The notes below the pieces were generated by a model, which did not search any database, had not been told where the DNA came from, and saw only the letters and a list, made by a program, of their open reading frames with translations. 59,609 bases of DNA from Methanotrichaceae archaeon (GTDB lineage Archaea > Halobacteriota > Methanosarcinia > Methanotrichales > Methanotrichaceae): the NCBI GenBank assembly GCA_963754945.1, contig CAVWIG010000042.1, positions 1-59,609 of the forward strand, given 5' to 3'. Each line of letters opens with the position of its first letter. The stretch's first letter is position 1. Position numbers and translations under genes: made by a program. This document shows positions 1-8,135 of the stretch, one piece after another.

Positions 1-347
1 GCTGGCGCGACCATGAGAGTGTTCATGTGATCGGTCTGGACATGATATTTCAGTCAATCATAAAGGAGATACATAATCGCACACCTATTCCTGTAATCGC
101 GACACGCTTTCACAATACTATCGCTCGTATGATATCTTCTTTATGCCTGACCATCTCAAAAGAAACCGGGATTACTCAAGTAGCTTTGTCCGGCGGAGTT
201 TTTCAGAATCGACTGTTGCTTAGACAAGCGATGAAACTACTTAAAGCCGACGGACTTTCGGTAATTCTACACCGTCAGGTACCATGTAACGATGGTGGGA
301 TATCATTAGGACAAGCAGTGATCGGTGGAACGTTATCAGCGATATAA
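1..347 (+). CDS. hypF: Carbamoyltransferase HypF, C-terminal part (gene starts before the window)
   Basis: FHNT, VALSGGVFQN and VPCNDGGISLGQA motifs; frame is open from position 3. Confidence 0.93.
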   Translation, partial: WRDHESVHVIGLDMIFQSIIKEIHNRTPIPVIATRFHNTIARMISSLCLTISKETGITQVALSGGVFQNRLLLRQAMKLLKADGLSVILHRQVPCNDGGISLGQAVIGGTLSAI

Positions 348-415
348 AATGTTTTTATACATATCTATCATGGTATAAGATATGAAAATAACCTGTAGAC
401 AATCGGGAGGGTAAA

Positions 416-634
416 ATGTGTCTTGCCGTACCAGCGTTGGTTGAGTCAATTGATGGGGGGGAAGCAGTTGTCAGCATCGAAGGAGTCAGGCGAGAGATAA
501 GCATTCAACTCACCCCAGAGGCTGAGGCAGGAGATTATGTGCTTCTACACGCCGGATTTGCCATTGGTATTCTTGATGAAACCGAAGCCCTCCAAACACT
601 TGAGCTGTTGAGGCAAGTTCTTGAAGTTCGTTGA
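416..634 (+). CDS. hypC: Hydrogenase maturation chaperone HypC/HupF
   Basis: N-terminal MCLAVP; GDYVLLHAGFAI; GGAGG RBS upstream. Confidence 0.96.
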   Translation: MCLAVPALVESIDGGEAVVSIEGVRREISIQLTPEAEAGDYVLLHAGFAIGILDETEALQTLELLRQVLEVR

Positions 635-1715
635 TGAGTTTCGTGACGCCGAACTGGCGAAACAAGTAATCGAGTATATTCACAACACTTCCCGCCGGCC
701 AACAAGGCTTATGGAGTTTTGCGGGGGTCATACTGTCAGCATAATAAAAAACGGTATTCGGCAGCTGCTACCCAAAAATATAGAGATGCTCTCCGGTCCA
801 GGATGCCCGGTATGTGTTACCTCGACCACGGATATTGATAAAGCAATAGCTTTGGCCGACCTTCCTGATGTGATCGTTACGAGCTTCGGAGACATGATAA
901 GAGTACCGGGAACTCAATCAACACTACAGATAGCAAAGGCAAAAGGGTCTGATATCAGGGTAGTATATTCAGTTCTCGACGCGCTTAGGATAGCTCGCGA
1001 AAATCCCAAGAAAAGAGTGGTTTTCATTGGTATTGGCTTTGAGACTACGGCTCCAACTGTCGCGGCCGCCCTTATACAGGCTGAAAGGGATAATATTCAA
1101 AATTTCTTTGTCCTGAGTTTACATAAAGTCTGTCCCCCAATCATGAAAGCCATCCTCGAACGCGGTGAAGTACGCTTGAATGGCATCATCTGTCCGGGGC
1201 ATGTAAGCGCTGTTATTGGCTCCCGGCCCTATGAATTCATTACGCATGACTATAATATCGCCTGCGTAGTATCCGGATTTGAACCTCTGGATATACTCCA
1301 GACCGTTGCAATGCTGGTCAATCAGATCGAAAAAGAAAATTACTCTGTTGAAATCGCCTACCGTCGCGGGGTAAAGGTCGATGGAAATCCGCAGGCTTTA
1401 AAGCTGATGGATCAGGTATTTGAGATCAGCGATACTGATTGGCGAGGTATCGGCATCGTGCCCGCTAGTGGATTAAGAATTAACCGGAATTACCAGCTGT
1501 TTGACGCAGCGACTAACTTCGACATCAAAATTTATCCAGCAAATGAACCTTCGGGATGTCAATGCGGCAGAATATTACGGGGTGTTTCAACTCCCGTGGA
1601 TTGTAGACTCTTCGGATTTTCCTGTACGCCTGAACACCCAATCGGTCCTTGTATGGTATCAACCGAGGGAACTTGTGCAGCGTATTACCAGTACGGAGAG
1701 AAAATTGAGCACTAA
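621..1715 (+). CDS. hypD: Hydrogenase formation protein HypD
   Basis: MEFCGGHT, GPGCPVCVT, GFETT, PGHVS, GPCMVSTEGTC motifs; TTG start overlaps hypC. Confidence 0.97.
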   Translation: MKFVDEFRDAELAKQVIEYIHNTSRRPTRLMEFCGGHTVSIIKNGIRQLLPKNIEMLSGPGCPVCVTSTTDIDKAIALADLPDVIVTSFGDMIRVPGTQSTLQIAKAKGSDIRVVYSVLDALRIARENPKKRVVFIGIGFETTAPTVAAALIQAERDNIQNFFVLSLHKVCPPIMKAILERGEVRLNGIICPGHVSAVIGSRPYEFITHDYNIACVVSGFEPLDILQTVAMLVNQIEKENYSVEIAYRRGVKVDGNPQALKLMDQVFEISDTDWRGIGIVPASGLRINRNYQLFDAATNFDIKIYPANEPSGCQCGRILRGVSTPVDCRLFGFSCTPEHPIGPCMVSTEGTCAAYYQYGEKIEH

Positions 1716-2718
1716 TTCCGAACGCATCCTTTTGGCTCATGGAAGCGGTGGTAAGCTTAGCCAGGAATTAGTCAACAAGATCATTGTTGACGTCATCGGT
1801 AATCCTATACTTACTCGAATGGATGACTCTGCGGTTATTGATCTACCTGGGAAGACCGCTTTCACGACTGATAGTTATGTTGTCAGCCCGATCTTTTTTC
1901 CTGGCGGAGATATTGGCCGACTGGCAATTTGCGGAACAGTGAACGATCTTGCTACTGCCGGGGCAACACCAGTTTATCTCAGTCTCTCTTTTATTATCGA
2001 GGAAGGGTTGTTGTTATCCGAATTCAAGCAAATCTTGAGGTCGATCAAGGAAACCGCAGAAGAAGCGGGAGTATTAATCGTAACCGGTGACACGAAGGTC
2101 GTTAATAAAAACGGTGCCGATAAACTATTTATCAATACCTCTGGTCTGGGCAAGATACCGGACGGGTTAAATATCTCCGGGCATAACGCCCGGATTGGGG
2201 ACAAGATAATTCTAAGTGGGACTATCGGAGATCATGGAATAGCTATTATGAGTAAGCGTGAAGGTCTCCAATTCGAAGCATCGGTTATCAGTGACTGCGC
2301 CCCATTAAATCACCTCGTTGCTCAGATCCTACAAGGTTCGCCTAATGTTCATTGCCTGCGGGACCCAACCCGGGGCGGGTTGGCAACGACCCTCAATGAA
2401 ATCGCTCAACAATCATCGGTTGGTATTGAAATAGAAGAGGCGACCATACCAGTCAGTAGAACCGTGCGCGGCGCATGTGAAATGCTTGGCCTGGACCCGT
2501 TATACATCGCTAATGAAGGCAAAATGGTAATTATTGTAGCTCCAGAAGACGCACCAACAGTGTTAGACGGGATACGGATGAATCGTTATGGCCAACAATC
2601 AGCGCTTATCGGTGAAGTAGTTGCAGGGCATCCTGGACGTGTGGTGATGAAAACCAATCTCGGAGCCTCGCGTTTTGTGGACGTTCCTATGGGTGAATTA
2701 TTACCAAGAATTTGTTAA
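1705..2718 (+). CDS. hypE: Hydrogenase maturation protein HypE
   Basis: LAHGSGG, FTTDSY, GTVNDL, RDPTRGG and C-terminal LPRIC; probable TTG start at 1705 after GGAGAG. Confidence 0.96.
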   Translation: MSTNSERILLAHGSGGKLSQELVNKIIVDVIGNPILTRMDDSAVIDLPGKTAFTTDSYVVSPIFFPGGDIGRLAICGTVNDLATAGATPVYLSLSFIIEEGLLLSEFKQILRSIKETAEEAGVLIVTGDTKVVNKNGADKLFINTSGLGKIPDGLNISGHNARIGDKIILSGTIGDHGIAIMSKREGLQFEASVISDCAPLNHLVAQILQGSPNVHCLRDPTRGGLATTLNEIAQQSSVGIEIEEATIPVSRTVRGACEMLGLDPLYIANEGKMVIIVAPEDAPTVLDGIRMNRYGQQSALIGEVVAGHPGRVVMKTNLGASRFVDVPMGELLPRIC

Positions 2719-2863
2719 ACATAGTTTTGGCAAGAAAAAATGAAAGCGGTCTTGGCCGGCATCGAAGTGAGTGCTTTGTACCGGGCGGAAGATGAATTAA
2801 AGGCGATAATGTTGAAATATTATCAAATCCAACAGATGTATATAAGGTCAAAGATGTCCAGGC

Positions 2864-3070
2864 CTCTTCAAGGGGTTCCGCGGTTCGCCGCCGACGGATA
2901 ACGGAGCCGTTCAGGACCTTCTGCTCAGACTTTCTGCCATGGTTGAAGGCATACCGCAAATAGCGGAATTGGGCTTCGACACAATAAAAGTCATGCCTGA
3001 AGGCAACGGTTACCGGATTGTAGACGCCAGAATCATGCTCAGGCTAAATAATGGGGAGGTAATGAAATGA
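2864..3070 (+). pseudogene. C-terminal ATP-grasp remnant of an ADP-forming acyl-CoA synthetase / Pat-type protein
   Basis: Manual translation LFKGFRGSPPTDNGAVQDLLLRLSAMVEGIPQIAELGFDTIKVMPEGNGYRIVDARIML aligns by eye with LLKGYRGPTADVPALRDLLVKLSDLVMENPEIKEMDLNPVFVYPQGYKVVDARII in the 25525-27597 protein. Confidence 0.75.
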
Positions 3071-4041
3071 AACCAATAAATCTTATTTGGCTGCACGGAC
3101 AGAGTTGCGGCGGGGATACTGTATCTCTAATCGGGGCGGGTGAGCCTTCACTAATCGACGTGCTGACCGGCGTGCTCCCTGAAGTAGGCGATATTAAACT
3201 TGCATTTCATCCCATGATTATGGCGTCGTGGGGAGAAAGAGCAATGGGCGTTCTGGCTGACGCTCGGGAAGGTAAGCTGGACCCTTATCTCCTTATTTTT
3301 GAGGGCTCTATTCCTGATGAAGAGCAGGCGTCCCGGCAGGGAGGATTCTTCTGCTCGGTTGGTGACAGAGCAGGCAAGCTGGTCACCGCCAACGAGTTAC
3401 TACTCGAACTAAAGGGTAGAGCAGCTGCTACTGTAGCAGTAGGTACCTGTGCTGCCTTTGGCGGCATTGTTGCCGGGAAGCCCAATCCCACTGGGGCTAA
3501 AGGACTAATGGATTTCCTGGGGAAGAACTACCGGAGTGCTCTTGGCCTCCCAGTGATAAACGTGTCTGGCTGTCCCGCTTCGGGAGATAATTACATCAAA
3601 GCTCTGGCTTATATTGCGTTAATGGCCAGAGGTGTCGTTACAGTGCCGCCGGAGCTTGATGAGCACAACCGGCTCACGTTTCTTCATGGAGAGCTAGCCC
3701 ACCATATTTGCCCCCGCGGTGGTTACTTCGCGGTCGGAAAATATTCGTATCAGTTCGGTGATCCTTATTGCATGGTATGGCTCGGCTGCAAGGGACCTAT
3801 CAGTTATTGTCAGGTGCCACGAGATAAGTTTGCCGGGCACTTCGGCGGCTGTACCACGGTTGGGTCTCCATGTATAGGCTGCACGGAACCGGGTTTTCCT
3901 GATGAGCCCTTTTCTCCATTCTTTGAAATGGCTCCAGCGAAATCTCTGGCAACAGGCACCACTCCAGGAAGTCCGCACCAAATAAAAGAATGCGCCACTG
4001 CCCAGGAGCATCTGTTCCATTTAATTTCAAGGAGGATATAA
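3067..4041 (+). CDS. [NiFe]-hydrogenase small subunit, no TAT signal, group 1h-like
   Basis: SCGGD, GTCAAFGG, GCP, HHICPR, YCMVWLGCKGP, GGCTTVGSPCIGCTEPGFPD Fe-S ligand motifs; no RRxFxK leader. Confidence 0.95.
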   Translation: MKPINLIWLHGQSCGGDTVSLIGAGEPSLIDVLTGVLPEVGDIKLAFHPMIMASWGERAMGVLADAREGKLDPYLLIFEGSIPDEEQASRQGGFFCSVGDRAGKLVTANELLLELKGRAAATVAVGTCAAFGGIVAGKPNPTGAKGLMDFLGKNYRSALGLPVINVSGCPASGDNYIKALAYIALMARGVVTVPPELDEHNRLTFLHGELAHHICPRGGYFAVGKYSYQFGDPYCMVWLGCKGPISYCQVPRDKFAGHFGGCTTVGSPCIGCTEPGFPDEPFSPFFEMAPAKSLATGTTPGSPHQIKECATAQEHLFHLISRRI

Positions 4042-4046
4042 CTGCT

Positions 4047-5792
4047 ATGGTCACGCAGAAAGTTGAGGTTGACATTGAGCCTTTAACCCGGATAGAAGGA
4101 CACCTTGGCATTCATGCCGAGGCTGACATGGAGCAAAGAAAATACGTGGATGCCTATTGCTACGCCACCATGTTCCGGGGAATTGAAGTTATCCTCAAGG
4201 ATCGTGAACCGGCAGACGCTATCTGGCTCACACAGCGGGTGTGCGGCGTCTGCCCGACCCCTCATGGCACAGCATCCGCACTCGCTGTTGACATGTGCTA
4301 CCAGGCACCGCCACCACCCTTTGCCGTTGCTATAAGAAATATGATCGAGCTATCCGAAGAAGTGTACGACGGTGCGTTGGGGTGCGGAATACTGGAAGGC
4401 CCTGATTATTCCGAGGTTATCATGTCCAGGCTCAATCCCGATATTATGGCGCAGGCTAACAGGACCAAGTCTCCCAGGGTTGACTCCCATGGGTACGAGA
4501 CTATAGGGGACATTATGCGCGGTTTGAACCCCATTACAGGAAGCCTGTGGCGGAAATGCCTCAACGGTTCAAAGGTAGGTATAGAGATGGCCTCTTTGAT
4601 GGGCGGCAAGCATCCTCACGTTCAGACCCTGATACCGGGAGGAGTGGCTAAGACAACAAATGTTAAGGATTTGGAGACCTTCTATGCTCTGGTAGCACGC
4701 GAGATAGCCTTTACCAAAGAACTGGTCTGTGTATTTGACGATTTGCTGGACTTCTGCTCAGCAGTCGGACTCGATAAAACCGGGGTAACATCTCCCAATC
4801 TTCTGAGTCATGGGATGTACGACGACCCGTTTGCCTACGATGCGGAATATGGTCATATGTCTGCCTGGGGTGAAAAAAGGGCTTTAACACCTGGTATAGT
4901 TCTCGATGGCAAGCTGATAACCACCGACCTGGTAGAAATACAGGTAGGAACTAATGAGTTCGTTACTCATTCCTATTACGAGGAGACGCCAGCAGCGGAG
5001 ATAGAAAACGATCCACTGGGCAACAAGTTGAGCAAAGACCACCCCTGGAACGAGGAAAGCCCGGCTAGGCCTGGGAAAGAAAAGGACTGGCAAAACAAAT
5101 ATAGCTGGGCGAAGAGTCCACGCTGGCAGGATTGGAAGCGTAGGATAGATGGCCAGACCTACGCGCTTGAGGCGGGGCCTCTGGCGCGGATGTGGGTTGC
5201 GGCCCTTGCCAGGAAAGTCCCCGAGGCTACCGGTACTTCATTCAAATTTACCCTACCTGCTGGCGCGGTCGAAGGATTCCGGGTGCCGCAGGAGCTTACA
5301 CTGGAATGGAAAATACCGAAGACCATCAATGCCCTAGAGCGTATAAGAGCGCGAGCCTACTTCCATGCGTTTTCAGCGTATCTTGCCTATCACACCTTTA
5401 CTCAGGCTATGGACCTTATCAACAAAGGGCAGGCAAATACATGGACTCGCTATACCAAACCTGAAGATGGGATAGGTGTCGGTATGACCGAGGCTATGAG
5501 AGGTGCCCTGGCACACTGGTGCGTTATGCGTAATGGGAAAATTCACCGTTATCAGATAATAACACCAACTGCCTGGAACTGCGGTCCCCGCGACCAGCAG
5601 GGTCGGCTTGGACCTTATGAGAATGCGATTATAGGAACTCCCATTACCGAAAATCCATCCGATGGTAAACTCGATGGCATCGACGTGGTTCGGACCGTGA
5701 GGAGCTTTGACCCATGTCTGGCGTGCTGTGTGGGTGTTTACACGCCTGATGGTCAAATTATCGCTACTAAAGACCTAGAACACATTCACTAA
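4047..5792 (+). CDS. [NiFe]-hydrogenase large subunit
   Basis: TRIEGH, L1 QRVCGVCPTPH, EAMRG, PTAWN, L2 SFDPCLACCVG plus C-terminal extension; ATG at 4047 follows AAGGAGG. Confidence 0.97.
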   Translation: MVTQKVEVDIEPLTRIEGHLGIHAEADMEQRKYVDAYCYATMFRGIEVILKDREPADAIWLTQRVCGVCPTPHGTASALAVDMCYQAPPPPFAVAIRNMIELSEEVYDGALGCGILEGPDYSEVIMSRLNPDIMAQANRTKSPRVDSHGYETIGDIMRGLNPITGSLWRKCLNGSKVGIEMASLMGGKHPHVQTLIPGGVAKTTNVKDLETFYALVAREIAFTKELVCVFDDLLDFCSAVGLDKTGVTSPNLLSHGMYDDPFAYDAEYGHMSAWGEKRALTPGIVLDGKLITTDLVEIQVGTNEFVTHSYYEETPAAEIENDPLGNKLSKDHPWNEESPARPGKEKDWQNKYSWAKSPRWQDWKRRIDGQTYALEAGPLARMWVAALARKVPEATGTSFKFTLPAGAVEGFRVPQELTLEWKIPKTINALERIRARAYFHAFSAYLAYHTFTQAMDLINKGQANTWTRYTKPEDGIGVGMTEAMRGALAHWCVMRNGKIHRYQIITPTAWNCGPRDQQGRLGPYENAIIGTPITENPSDGKLDGIDVVRTVRSFDPCLACCVGVYTPDGQIIATKDLEHIH

Positions 5793-5805
5793 ACGGAGAC
5801 AAATA

Positions 5806-6288
5806 TTGGAACCAAAGACCCTGATATGTGGATTCGGCAACAGCCTGAGAAGAGATGACGGGCTGGGAGCATACGTCATTGACCAACTGGCGGAACGGGA
5901 GCTGCCGGATTACATTACCTTGAGAGATTTCGGTACTTCAGGTTTTCGAGCCGCCCTTGAGATTGGCAATTATGACAGGGCTATTGTAATAGATGCTATC
6001 AGGGCGGGGGGAAAGCCGGGTACTCTGTATCGGATGGTTCTTGGCTACGAAAATATGGTCAGTAACAATCTACCCGGTTCCTTCGTGATCAGCCTGCATG
6101 AAGTCGGACTCGAGAAAGCTCTGGCAACGGCTTTCTTCACTGGCCGCTTTCCTAACGAAGTAGTTATTCTGGGTTGTGAACCTGAGGATGTCTCATTTGG
6201 TTTAACACCATCAAAAATAGTTACGGGGGCAGTAAAGCGGCTCCTGGAACTTGTTGTCAGTGAAATTGAGGAGAGAAAACATACCTAA
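5806..6288 (+). CDS. Hydrogenase maturation endopeptidase (HyaD/HycI family)
   Basis: GFGNSLRRDDGLG, IDAI, SLHE motifs; directly after the large subunit. Confidence 0.93.
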   Translation: MEPKTLICGFGNSLRRDDGLGAYVIDQLAERELPDYITLRDFGTSGFRAALEIGNYDRAIVIDAIRAGGKPGTLYRMVLGYENMVSNNLPGSFVISLHEVGLEKALATAFFTGRFPNEVVILGCEPEDVSFGLTPSKIVTGAVKRLLELVVSEIEERKHT

Positions 6289-6326
6289 AAGTCAATATTT
6301 AATCCCAATAACCCAAGGGACATCTT

Positions 6327-7024
6327 ATGGATACAGAAGCATTACATGATATCGGGTACGGTATGTATGTTATTGGTTCTAAGGAGGATAGCAAATTTGA
6401 TGCTCTTGTTGCTAACGCAGTATTTCAAATAACAAATAACCTCTAAGCCGCCGACCATTGCCATTAGCATTACCAAGAGTAACATCAGCTATGAGTTCAT
6501 CAAAGGGAGTAAGATATTTACCGTGTCCATTCTCAGCCAGGATGCGCCCCTTTCTTTTATCGGGCAGCTCGGTTTTAAATCGGGCAGGGACACTGATAAG
6601 CTTAAAAGCATCCATTACAGGACAGGTCAGACCGGAGCTCCAATTATTACCGATTACGTCGTCTCTTATCTTGAAGCGTGGGTTCTTAATGAAATTGATA
6701 TCAGTAATCATGCCATCTTCATCGGTGAAGTAGTGAATGCTGAGGTTCTCAGCAACAAAACGCCTTTGACCTATGCCTACTATTACCGGGAGAAACGTGG
6801 CACCACTCCTGAGACAGCGCCCAGCTACGTGGCAGAAAAGAAAGAGAAGGTTACCGGTGCTGCAAAATATAGATGTGTTGTGTGTGGCTACACATATGAC
6901 CTGGCATACGGCGATAACAGAAAGCGGCGTAAAGCCCAGGACACCTTTTGAGAAGCTGCCCGATAGCTGGGTATGTCCCATTTGCGGGGTGGGGAAGGAT
7001 CAATTCGAAAAGGTAGCAGAGTGA
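6327..7024 (+). pseudogene. Flavin reductase-rubredoxin fusion (high-molecular-weight rubredoxin-like), two frameshifts
   Basis: MDTEALHDIGYGMYVIGS start; 7-bp duplication (AAATAAC x2, ~6427-6440) breaks the frame; FGFKSGRD-like LGFKSGRD motif; CVVCGYTYD...WVCPICG split by a second frameshift near 6915. Confidence 0.85.
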
Positions 7025-7294
7025 AGCCGTAGTTCTCCTGTATAGCTTTAACATCCTACAAAAAGTAAAAATTAGAGGAAAATATGGATAAATATGTATG
7101 CCTGATATGCGGATGGATATACGACCCTACAAATGGCTGACCCCGATGGCGATATTAAACCCGGTATACCTTTTGAGAAGCTGCCCGATAGCTGGGTATG
7201 TCCCATTTGTGGGGTGGGGAAGGATCAATTCGAAAAGGTAGCAGAGTAAAGCCGTAGTCTCCTGTATAGCTTTACATCCGACAAAGTAAAAATT
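6943..7294 (+). repeat. ~130-bp near-identical direct repeat (6943-~7075 and 7168-~7294)
   Basis: ACCTTTTGAGAAGCTGCCCGATAGCTGGGTATGTCCCATTTG...GTAAAAATT occurs twice, covering the rubredoxin 3' half and downstream DNA. Confidence 0.92.
7084..7249 (+). pseudogene. Rubredoxin, one-base frameshift
   Basis: [18 protein letters not shown] / [36 protein letters not shown] with an extra base at ~7137. Confidence 0.88.
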
Positions 7295-7334
7295 GGAGAT
7301 GCTGAGTTTGATGCAGTCATGGCCAAGCTCAAAG

Positions 7335-7573
7335 AACTCTGTTCATCCCGGTTTCATTTGGACGCCTATGGTCGAGAACTTCCTCAAAGAGCAGTGCCAG
7401 AAATCAGGTCTCAGCTGTGAAGACCTTAAAAAGGAGCTGGATGGAATGCATCCAATCGGTCACATGGGAGAGCCAGACGATATAGCCTACGGAATCCTGT
7501 ATCTGGTGTCGGATGAGGCAAAGTTCGTAAGCGGAACGAATTAATCATAGATGGAGGTTATGCTAGCAAGTGA
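7335..7573 (+). pseudogene. Short-chain dehydrogenase (SDR) C-terminal fragment
   Basis: NSVHPGFIWTPM...HPIGHMGEPDDIAYGILYLVSDEAKFVSG / ELIIDGGY; N-terminus absent. Confidence 0.85.
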
Positions 7574-7726
7574 TAGGTATCGTAATTCCTTGAAGTGTAG
7601 CCTTATGATCTTATTGGAGACAGATTTTCCCTGGATACGAACTTCATGATTTTGATAGAGATTCAAAAATAAAGGAAGTACTTGAAAAGTTGATCTAATT
7701 CGGGGTTATATAAGATGGGTGAATAA

Positions 7727-7888
7727 ATAGAGAAGTACATCTGTACAGTTTGTGGATACATTTACGATCCCGAGAAGGGAGATGTAGACTCTGGTATCAA
7801 TCCAGGGATGGCATTTGAAGATCTTCCCGATGATTGGTTCTGCCCACAGTGTGGAGCGCCCAAAACGAATTTTGAGAAGCTGAAATGA
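7727..7888 (+). CDS. Rubredoxin (53 aa; ATA in the start-codon position)
   Basis: [52 protein letters not shown]; GGTGA SD-like motif upstream; not in the ORF track. Confidence 0.85.
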   Translation: MEKYICTVCGYIYDPEKGDVDSGINPGMAFEDLPDDWFCPQCGAPKTNFEKLK

Positions 7889-7908
7889 ATTTGAAAAGGT
7901 GAGGATAA

Positions 7909-8135
7909 ATGAGTCTAATTAGGGTCATAAAACCTGGGGTTCAGTGGATAGGAGCAATTGATTGGGACCGCAGGCTCTTCGATGCACTTATACCTCTGCC
8001 AAATGGGACAAGCTACAATTCTTATCTGATCAAGGGCAGCGAGAAGACGGCATTGATAGATGCTGTCGATATCTCTATGCTCGGTGTACTGTTGGGAAAC
8101 TTGAAGGCATTGGACATCAGGAAAATTGACTATAT
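7909..8135 (+). pseudogene. fprA: Flavodiiron protein (FprA family), N-terminal fragment truncated by IS66
   Basis: WIGAIDWDRRLFDALIPLPNGTSYNSYLIKGSEKTALID...KIDY ends at the IS terminus. Confidence 0.88.

Noticed and set aside
1501-1704. N-terminal extension of HypE in the ORF track (likewise 3990-4046 for the large subunit)
   Set aside because: Overlaps the upstream gene; RBS-supported starts are at 1705 and 4047
2720-3066. Expected hypA between hypE and the small subunit
   Set aside because: No MHE start or CxxC pairs; the region instead holds an ATP-grasp remnant
5710-5740. Selenocysteine-containing [NiFeSe] hydrogenase
   Set aside because: L2 codons are TGT/TGC (Cys) with no in-frame TGA
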